From NCBI GenBank assembly GCA_046483985.1, contig JAWOCD010000095.1, forward strand, positions 1 to 44,789: 44,789 nt of DNA, read 5' to 3'. Position 1 is the first letter of the stretch. Each line of letters begins with the position of its first letter. The notes under the pieces are model-generated. The model was not told the DNA's origin, searched no databases, and worked only from the letters and a program-made list of their open reading frames with translations. The translations under genes and the position numbers were made by a program. This document shows, one piece after another, positions 37,491 through 44,789 of the stretch. The stretch is from Promethearchaeia archaeon. Lineage in GTDB: Archaea; Asgardarchaeota; Lokiarchaeia; Sigyniarchaeales; SOKP01.

Positions 37491-38294
37491 ATGATTGCTA
37501 ATAAAATAAAAGAAATTGTAAATCACCGGAAAGAATCCTTGAAACTAACAAGAGAAATAATAAGAAAAGAGGATTATCAGCCGCTTACTAAGAAAAAGAA
37601 ACCGCTTAGTCAATCAATTAAAGAATGTTCTAATATAGCGATTATTTCTGAGATAAAACCCGCATCCCCCACGTTAGGAGTAATTCAGGAACATCTGGAT
37701 ATTAAAAAAATATCCACTCAGATGGAGGAAGCGGGAGCGGTTGGATTAAGTGTATTGACTGAACCAAATTATTTTCAAGGAAGTTATTCAAACTTGGACA
37801 TTGCGGTAAAAAACACCTCAATTCCGTGTCTTATGAAGGATTTTGTGGTTGATGAGATACAATTTAAAATAGCGTCCCGACTAGGAGCCACGAATATTTT
37901 ATTGATTAATTCAATTATAGACTTAGAAAGGTTTTATGATCTTGCGATACAATATGATCTAGAGCCCTTAATAGAAATCCATGATGAGAAAGAACTGGAG
38001 GATATAGCGAGATTATTAGAAATAGGATATTCTCCCAAGTTAATCGGCGTTAATAATAGAGATCTTCAAACCCTAAAAATTAATCTCGATACTTCTCGAG
38101 AGTTAATTCCAAAAATAAAAAAAGAGCTAAGAGAGGACTTGATTATCATTAGTGAAAGTGGAATTCAATCTTATGGTGATATAATAAATCTCAAAAGATA
38201 TAAAGTAGACGCCTTTCTCATCGGTACGTTGATTATGCAATCGGAGAATAAAACTGAAAAAATTCATCTCCTAAGAGGAAAGAGGGTTGATTGA
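37491..38294 (+). CDS. trpC: Indole-3-glycerol phosphate synthase
   Basis: EIKPASP, LSVLTEP.YF.GS, KDF, GVNNRDL, SESGI. Confidence 0.95.
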   Translation: MIANKIKEIVNHRKESLKLTREIIRKEDYQPLTKKKKPLSQSIKECSNIAIISEIKPASPTLGVIQEHLDIKKISTQMEEAGAVGLSVLTEPNYFQGSYSNLDIAVKNTSIPCLMKDFVVDEIQFKIASRLGATNILLINSIIDLERFYDLAIQYDLEPLIEIHDEKELEDIARLLEIGYSPKLIGVNNRDLQTLKINLDTSRELIPKIKKELREDLIIISESGIQSYGDIINLKRYKVDAFLIGTLIMQSENKTEKIHLLRGKRVD

Positions 38295-38959
38295 AATTGG
38301 TGAATTACGTTAAAATTTGTGGACTGAAAGAAATTAAAAATATTCAGACATGCATAGATTATGGTGCAGATGCAATAGGATTTATTTATAATGTCCCAAA
38401 ATCTCCCAGAAACTTAAATCAAAGAAACATTAATCAATTTCATAAATCCGTTTATAATCAGATTTTAACTGTGGGAGTCACAAAGGCAAAAAAGTTAAGA
38501 GATATCAATCGGATGAATGCTAAAATAGACACTGATCTCCTTCAGATTCACTGTTCTTTGTCATTTGACTCTCTAAGTAAATTATCTTCCAGTTTAAAGA
38601 AAAAGATGATCATTGCCAGGAAGATGAATTTTTCGAATTTAAAAAAATTGCAAAACGATATACGGAAACATAGTGATGATTTCTATGGTTTTCTTATAGA
38701 CAATAGTGAGGGACATGGAGATACGCTGAAGATAAACTTAGTAAAACACTTTTTAGATGGACTAAACGATGAAAGAATTATTCTCGCTGGGGGTATAAGC
38801 ATAGGTAACATTGAACAAGTAGTTATGAATTTAAACCCATATGGTATAGATGTTAGTAGTTCATTGGAAAGCAAAAAAGGACTAAAAAACGACAAAAAAA
38901 TAGAGGATTTTTTAAAAAAAATAAACAACATAAATGATAAAAGAGGATTGAATAGTTAG
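38291..38959 (+). CDS. trpF: Phosphoribosylanthranilate isomerase
   Basis: VKICGL, GADAIGF, SPR, QIH, ILAGGI, GIDVSS.LE. Confidence 0.92.
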   Translation: MKLVNYVKICGLKEIKNIQTCIDYGADAIGFIYNVPKSPRNLNQRNINQFHKSVYNQILTVGVTKAKKLRDINRMNAKIDTDLLQIHCSLSFDSLSKLSSSLKKKMIIARKMNFSNLKKLQNDIRKHSDDFYGFLIDNSEGHGDTLKINLVKHFLDGLNDERIILAGGISIGNIEQVVMNLNPYGIDVSSSLESKKGLKNDKKIEDFLKKINNINDKRGLNS

Positions 38960-40159
38960 ATGAAATATAAAGGAAAATACCCAGATAAATTAGGACGATT
39001 TGGAAAATTTGGAGGAATGTTCGCTCCAGAAATATTGATGCCTGCATTAAATGAGTTGAAAGAGGGTTATAAGAAATATGTCTTTGATGAAGATTTCCAA
39101 AAGGAATTTCAGCATATTTTAGAGGATTATAGTGGAAGACCTACTCCATTATATTATGCAAAACAATTAAGCGAGAATATAGGCTTTCAAGTATATCTTA
39201 AAAGAGAAGATTTAAATCATGGAGGAGCCCATAAAATAAATAATGTAATGGGGCAAGCCCTTCTTGCTAAGAAGATGGGAAAAACAAAATTGGTTGCTGA
39301 AACGGGCGCAGGTCAACACGGATTTGCTACAGCAATAGCTGGAGCTTATTTTAATATGCCTACCAAAATCTTTATGGGAGAAGTAGATATTGAAAGACAA
39401 TCTTACAATGTCTATCGAATGCAACTTTTGGGAGCTGAAGTTGTTCCTGTAAAATCCGGTTCAAGAACTTTAAAAGATGCAATAAATGAAGGTCTACGAT
39501 ATTGGATTGCCAATGTGGAAAATACCCACTATCTTATGGGTAGTGTAGTAGGACCCCACCCATATCCTTTGCTAGTTAGGGAGTTTCAGAGAGTTATTGG
39601 AAAAGAAATTAGAAACCAGATCTTAGAAAAAGCAGGAGAACTCCCTTCTGGAATTGTGGCATGTATAGGCGGAGGAAGTAATGCAATTGGATCATTTTAT
39701 GATTTTATCGAAGATGATGTCCAGCTCATTGGAGTCGAGGGGGCTGGAAAAGGAAAAGACACTGATGAACATTCTATTGCACTAGGGCTGGGACAAAAAG
39801 GGGTCTTACACGGATCGCTTCAATATCTCCTACAGAATAAAGATGGTAATATATTAGAAACGCATTCCATAAGTGCAGGGTTAGATTATCCTGGAGTGGG
39901 ACCAGAACATTGTTTTTTAAAGGAAATAGATCGTTTAACAGTAGCAAATGCTACAGATGATGAAGCCTTAGCCGCTTTCAAAAAATTAAGCCGTTTAGAG
40001 GGGATTATCCCTGCCTTGGAAAGCTCACATGCTTTAGCATATTTAGAAAAGATGAAAGGAGATTTCTCTGATAATGATATAATAGTCGTAAATCTCAGCG
40101 GAAGTGGCTCAAAGGATTTAGGGATTGTAAAAAAACATATAGATTTTAAATATATATGA
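38960..40159 (+). CDS. trpB: Tryptophan synthase beta chain (TrpB1)
   Basis: [57 protein letters not shown]. Confidence 0.97.
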   Translation: MKYKGKYPDKLGRFGKFGGMFAPEILMPALNELKEGYKKYVFDEDFQKEFQHILEDYSGRPTPLYYAKQLSENIGFQVYLKREDLNHGGAHKINNVMGQALLAKKMGKTKLVAETGAGQHGFATAIAGAYFNMPTKIFMGEVDIERQSYNVYRMQLLGAEVVPVKSGSRTLKDAINEGLRYWIANVENTHYLMGSVVGPHPYPLLVREFQRVIGKEIRNQILEKAGELPSGIVACIGGGSNAIGSFYDFIEDDVQLIGVEGAGKGKDTDEHSIALGLGQKGVLHGSLQYLLQNKDGNILETHSISAGLDYPGVGPEHCFLKEIDRLTVANATDDEALAAFKKLSRLEGIIPALESSHALAYLEKMKGDFSDNDIIVVNLSGSGSKDLGIVKKHIDFKYI

Positions 40160-40191
40160 ATGTCAAATTATAAGGAGAGAGATTAATTTTT

Positions 40192-41025
40192 ATGTCAAAT
40201 TTAAGAACAAAAAATAGATTAATAAATTTATTCGAAGAGCAGCCAAAAAAAAAGGGAGTTTTCATGCCATTTTTAGTGACGGGCGATCCCAACCCAGAAC
40301 AATTCCTCAATAATGTAAGGAAAATAGAATCGTACTTTGACATCCTTGAACTAGGGATCCCCTTTTCGGACCCGATTGCAGACGGTCCCACCGTTCAAAA
40401 AGCAAATCACAGAGCCTTTCAGGCGGGGATGAATACAACAAAGGGATTAGCCCTCATAAAATCGGTTCGGGAAATTACAAAAAAACCGATAGTTATTCTG
40501 ACATACTACAACATCTTAATACAAGGCGGCGAAAGTATTGAAGATTCGCTAAACAGAACCCTTTGTTCCTTTAAGGAGTGTGGAGTAGATGGGATTGTGG
40601 TCGCGGATCTCCCTGTCGAAGAGGCGGGATTAGCTCTTAAATATTGTAAAAAGTATGATATAAAGCTCATCTTCATTGTCGCACCAACCACTACGAAAGC
40701 ACGCTTAGAAAAAATACTGGACCACGCAGAAGGATTTCTTTACCTCATCTCAGTTATGGGCGTGACCGGCGCTCGTGAAAAAGTTGCTAAGATTACCACG
40801 GATACCATTCACAAAATTAAAAGTGATATGAAAAAAGATTTACCTATCCTTGTAGGTTTTGGAATATCCAAACCAGAGCATGCGAATACCTTAATTGAAG
40901 CGGGTGCGGATGGGGTAATTATTGGGTCGGCAATCATAAACCGAATTGAAAAAAACCTTGGAGATTATGAAAAAATGGAACAACAATTAGTTGATTTTGT
41001 ATCTGGCATAGGGAAGAGGTTATAA
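40192..41025 (+). CDS. trpA: Tryptophan synthase alpha chain
   Basis: ELGIPFSDPIADGPTVQ, APTT, GVTGAR, VGFGIS, GVIIGSA. Confidence 0.97.
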   Translation: MSNLRTKNRLINLFEEQPKKKGVFMPFLVTGDPNPEQFLNNVRKIESYFDILELGIPFSDPIADGPTVQKANHRAFQAGMNTTKGLALIKSVREITKKPIVILTYYNILIQGGESIEDSLNRTLCSFKECGVDGIVVADLPVEEAGLALKYCKKYDIKLIFIVAPTTTKARLEKILDHAEGFLYLISVMGVTGAREKVAKITTDTIHKIKSDMKKDLPILVGFGISKPEHANTLIEAGADGVIIGSAIINRIEKNLGDYEKMEQQLVDFVSGIGKRL

Positions 41026-41027
41026 AA

Positions 41028-42521
41028 ATGAATTTCGATATCCATATTGAGCAAATTGGAACTTTGGGTAATATATTCGGTTTTTATAAGTATTTAGTGA
41101 ATAAATATGATCTAAAACACCATGCTCTATTGGAATCTTCAGAAACTAATACTAATGAAACACTCTATAGCTTTATTGCTTTAAAGCCCGATTTTATGCT
41201 AAAAATTAATGGAGATAATTTCAAAATCTACGACATAACTAGTGCCCGGGGCGAAAATATTAAAGATTATTTAGAATCCAGAGATCCCACAGAGGAAAGA
41301 CCCAATAACTCCCTCCCTTTTAAGGATAATGTTGATTATAATATGGTGGCTTTGAAGACTCTTAGTCGTTTAACGCCCTACTCAAATCTTCCCTTTACAG
41401 AATTATTTCCCAGAAATATTTTTTACGGTGGTATGCTTGGATATATCGGCTACGATGTAGTGGCACCGTATATAGGTTATAAATCCTCCAGTGAATTTCC
41501 AGACATTCTTATGGGTTTATATACAAAAGTATTAGTATACTCGCATAAGTCAAACGCCTTATTTATGATTGATAATAGCACCGGGGATTATGCAAAAGAC
41601 AAGGATATACGATACAAGTTACATTCGTTTAATAAAAATAATAAACAGAGAGAAAAAAAAGATCTCCCAAGGGGGATCGAAGATATCAATGAATCAGGAT
41701 TCAGATCTAATACTAGCAAGAGTGCTCACACACGTATGGTGGAGAAGACAAAGGAATATATTAATGCCGGGGATATTATCCAAACCGTCATCTCTCGTCG
41801 CTTATACACCGAGAGCAAGGTGAATCCCATGGCAATTTATGAGGTGCTGAGAGCTTTAAACCCTTCGCAATATATGTATAACATTCATTTTGATGATATC
41901 AAAATCATAGGGAGTAGTCCCGAAGCACTTATTTCGAAAAATAAAAATATCTTAAATACAATACCCATCGCCGGAACGATTAAACGGGGACAGACCCCGG
42001 AAGAAGACTTAAAGCTAGAAAGAGATTTACTCGCAGACCCGAAAGAAAGAGCTGAGCATCTCATGTTGGTCGATTTAGCTAGAAATGACTTGGCAAAAGT
42101 CTCCTATCCAGGTTCTATTGAAACGTATGATTTGATGGGCGTTCAGAAGTATCAAAAAGTACAGCATATTGTAAGTAAAATCCGAAGTAGGACACCTCTT
42201 GATGGTTTTCAAGTGCTAAAGAGCGTCTTTCCGGCCGGAACGCTCAGTGGAGCACCAAAAAAACGCGCAATGGAAATAATTCAAGAGCTTGAAACAGAAA
42301 ATCGTGGACCATATGGAGGCGGGGTAGGCTATTTTTCGTTTAACGGGGATATGACATTCGCTATCGCCATTAGAACTCTCTTTGGACTTAACAGTACCTA
42401 TTTTGCTCAGGCAGGTGGCGGAATAGTGGCAGATAGCCGACCAGAAAATGAATTTCAAGAGACTTATAATAAACTTTATAGTGTATTAAAATCGATCAAG
42501 ATAGCGGAGGGAATGGAATAA
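41028..42521 (+). CDS. trpE: Anthranilate synthase component I
   Basis: LLES, NPSQYMY, GSSPE, PIAGT, KERAEHLMLVDLARND, FPAGTLSGAPK. Confidence 0.95.
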   Translation: MNFDIHIEQIGTLGNIFGFYKYLVNKYDLKHHALLESSETNTNETLYSFIALKPDFMLKINGDNFKIYDITSARGENIKDYLESRDPTEERPNNSLPFKDNVDYNMVALKTLSRLTPYSNLPFTELFPRNIFYGGMLGYIGYDVVAPYIGYKSSSEFPDILMGLYTKVLVYSHKSNALFMIDNSTGDYAKDKDIRYKLHSFNKNNKQREKKDLPRGIEDINESGFRSNTSKSAHTRMVEKTKEYINAGDIIQTVISRRLYTESKVNPMAIYEVLRALNPSQYMYNIHFDDIKIIGSSPEALISKNKNILNTIPIAGTIKRGQTPEEDLKLERDLLADPKERAEHLMLVDLARNDLAKVSYPGSIETYDLMGVQKYQKVQHIVSKIRSRTPLDGFQVLKSVFPAGTLSGAPKKRAMEIIQELETENRGPYGGGVGYFSFNGDMTFAIAIRTLFGLNSTYFAQAGGGIVADSRPENEFQETYNKLYSVLKSIKIAEGME

Positions 42522-43117
42522 TGAAGATCTTGTTTATTAATAATTATGACAGTTTTATTTATAATTTAGTTAATTATATTTGTCAACTGGAGCCAAACGG
42601 CAATATTTTTGTTGAGGATAACCAAATAAAGGTAGAAACAGTAAAAACAATGAAAGTAGATAAAATAATTATCTCTCCCGGTCCAGGACACCCAAAATAT
42701 CAAACAGGTACAGTTATTCCAATAATTAAGGAATTCTACGCTAAAATCCCGATATTAGGAATTTGCTTAGGACATCAAGCGATAATCGAGGCTTTTGGAG
42801 AGGATGAAGACGTGGAATATGTAGGAAGATCTAAAATAGGGCCTGTCCATGGTAAAATCTCAAAAGTATTTCATGATCAAGAAGGAATTTTTAAGGACAT
42901 TCCAAATCCTCTGCAAGCCGTCCGGTATCATTCATTGGCTGCTCAAGCTGATGTTTTACCCCAACAGCTCAAAATCAGTGCAACTGCAGACGACGGGACT
43001 ATCATGGCTGTAAGACACAAACTGTATCCAGTGAAGGGAATTCAGTTCCATCCCGAATCTGTCAAGATGAAACCCCATGGAATGCAAATCTTAAAAAATT
43101 TCTTGCAAGTCTCATAG
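42521..43117 (+). CDS. trpG: Anthranilate synthase component II
   Basis: NYDSF, ISPGPG, LGICLGHQ, RYHSL, QFHPES. Confidence 0.95.
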   Translation: MKILFINNYDSFIYNLVNYICQLEPNGNIFVEDNQIKVETVKTMKVDKIIISPGPGHPKYQTGTVIPIIKEFYAKIPILGICLGHQAIIEAFGEDEDVEYVGRSKIGPVHGKISKVFHDQEGIFKDIPNPLQAVRYHSLAAQADVLPQQLKISATADDGTIMAVRHKLYPVKGIQFHPESVKMKPHGMQILKNFLQVS

Positions 43118-43289
43118 AGAATAAAGCGCCTAAAATCTGTTGATATTTTCAGAGGCATTTGAATTTCATAAGTTTTTAATTTACTACACTACCAGAAAAG
43201 AGAAATTTGACAAGTATGAGCTGGAAATGTTTTAATTTTTTTAAAATTAAGATTTATGGGTATGTTCAAATGTTAGTGATGGTACTTAA

Positions 43290-44789
43290 ATTTTTGCACG
43301 ACCCATGCTCTTTATTGTACTTTAAAGTAGGTGGTCCACAGATCAATATACTTCCTTGACCACCGCCGTAACTTCTTGAAGAGGTGGTTAAAATAATTTC
43401 CGTGCCCCGCTAATTTTCGTTTTATGGGAGAATCCGATAGAATCTCGCGAAACCGCCGATATTTCCTCCATACCTTCTTAATATGGCCGGGAAAACGCCT
43501 AAGGTTATGCCGAAACACCCGATAGTCGAGAATTCGCTGAGCTCCCTTGGGAGTCATCATCCTCTTCTTAAAGGACGGATAATAGGTATAGCACGTATGC
43601 TGCCCTTCCAGAGAATTATTTGTGGTGGGCATCCACGGGTTTCGCTGATGGGCTATGATCTTACCAAGAGAAGAGGAGAGGGTTTTGAAGGCGGTAATGA
43701 GATGTTTCTTTTTTCTCCCTTTCAGCTTTCGAATGGTAGACCGGACGATTTCCAGCTGAATGTAGGCGTCCGTTTTATGGCTACATTCAATAACGTCATA
43801 AAATCGGGAAAGCAACCAACGCCATTCCTTGGGAATCGGTTTTTGAGAGTGCTCGGAAAGTCCTGCAAATGCTTTCACGTGCCGGGAAACCGCCCACTTG
43901 ACGTGCGTCAAACAGTTCTGCTGCTTTATATGCTTAAAACAACGGGTTCTGAATAACCCTCCTAAATTGGTGGTCATGTCCTTGATGATCCCGTTGATCT
44001 TATAGGTTGAGTTCTTTCGGCCCTCCATTAAAACCTCACGTCCCGCAGCACGCCCCATATTGGGCGAGATTCTAGCCGCCGGCACAAACCCGGTATTGAC
44101 ATCAATGGTATCGATAGTATACATCCGCTCTCCGGCGATTCGCATGTGGATTTCATCGTACCCCCAATAGCCGCTCGAGGGGACCGGAGTATTTTCCAGC
44201 ATCTCCCTTAACTCGTCTTCGATCTCGGATACCCAATAGAAGATGGTTGACTTTGCGATCTCCACTCCAAAATCAATTCGAAATACCCGGCTAATCTGAC
44301 TGGGCATCAATCCCTCCATATAATGTTGTCGTGCCCGTCGCTTATAGTTCCCGTGATAAGTACCGTATTCCGGAAATAATTTCGAATAATCCGGTTTGAT
44401 CTCGCCGCACGCAGGACACCGCTTTCGATGGAGCCGAAACTCATGTCTTCCGAGCCCGTTGTCTAATACCGCTATTCTCTCGTTATATCCATTATAAACT
44501 AATCGTCTTTGGCAAGTAAGACAATGCGTCTCTTCAATCTCTATGGTCCCGTCCAATTCCAACCTGATGGAATAATCCTCTTCCGAAGAACAGTTCTCTC
44601 GCCGCTCTAATTCTGCTACTAAACTATGCTTTTTACCGTCCGGTAAATTAGGGCAATATTTATTAAGAGTCTTTTGCTTTGTATTAATGGGAGCTTGATT
44701 TCTTTTCATTTTAGGTATTGGCATATTTAAAATGAGGAATCGGCTCCCTTTAAATCTTCTTCACCTAATTCTCACTCTCCACCGGAAAT
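43290..44789 (-). mobile_element. Insertion sequence carrying the transposase; one end probably outside the window
   Basis: Composition shift near 43295; a terminal repeat pair cannot be verified here. Confidence 0.6.
43312..44724 (-). CDS. DDE-type transposase (IS6/ISNCY-like, family uncertain) with N-terminal Zn ribbon
   Basis: CLTC...CPAC, HTH (ISRVF...IAKSTIFYWV), WGYDE, IIKD, Q.CLTH, TNNSLEG; visibly higher GC than flanks. Confidence 0.8.
   Translation of the reverse strand: MPIPKMKRNQAPINTKQKTLNKYCPNLPDGKKHSLVAELERRENCSSEEDYSIRLELDGTIEIEETHCLTCQRRLVYNGYNERIAVLDNGLGRHEFRLHRKRCPACGEIKPDYSKLFPEYGTYHGNYKRRARQHYMEGLMPSQISRVFRIDFGVEIAKSTIFYWVSEIEDELREMLENTPVPSSGYWGYDEIHMRIAGERMYTIDTIDVNTGFVPAARISPNMGRAAGREVLMEGRKNSTYKINGIIKDMTTNLGGLFRTRCFKHIKQQNCLTHVKWAVSRHVKAFAGLSEHSQKPIPKEWRWLLSRFYDVIECSHKTDAYIQLEIVRSTIRKLKGRKKKHLITAFKTLSSSLGKIIAHQRNPWMPTTNNSLEGQHTCYTYYPSFKKRMMTPKGAQRILDYRVFRHNLRRFPGHIKKVWRKYRRFREILSDSPIKRKLAGHGNYFNHLFKKLRRWSRKYIDLWTTYFKVQ

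Noticed and set aside
648-42458. Many short antisense or alternate-frame ORFs in the track (for example 2831-3241, 8748-9134, 32433-32879, 36407-36865)
   Set aside because: They overlap well-supported genes and lack motifs
43483-43956. 157-aa ORF antisense to the transposase
   Set aside because: Shadow ORF expected in GC-richer sequence; no recognisable motif

Overview
AT-rich archaeal chromosomal window, most consistent with an Asgard (Loki-/Promethearchaeota-like) genome. This assignment is inferred from aIF-1A, archaeal Hsp20, Ftr, two longin/uDENN-like proteins and BHB-type tRNA introns. It carries about 38 metabolic or housekeeping CDSs, a complete trpD-C-F-B-A-E-G operon, a DDE transposase at the right edge, and about 10 degraded IS200/IS605 (TnpA/TnpB) ends and MITEs in the first 26 kb. 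The best signals are missing from the ORF track: (1) a 23-aa Trp-rich leader ORF (MNGKGKYTRFLPITWFWAWRWRA) with an overlapping hairpin upstream of the trp operon, a candidate ribosome-sensed attenuator in an archaeon; (2) a 38-aa signal-peptide microprotein facing a 7TM protein and a uDENN/longin-TPR gene, a candidate peptide-receptor module; (3) a tRNA-His(GUG) with two non-canonical BHB introns (D-loop and T-loop); (4) TnpB-derived MITEs that keep the omega-RNA end. All family calls come from motif recognition by eye, not database searches.
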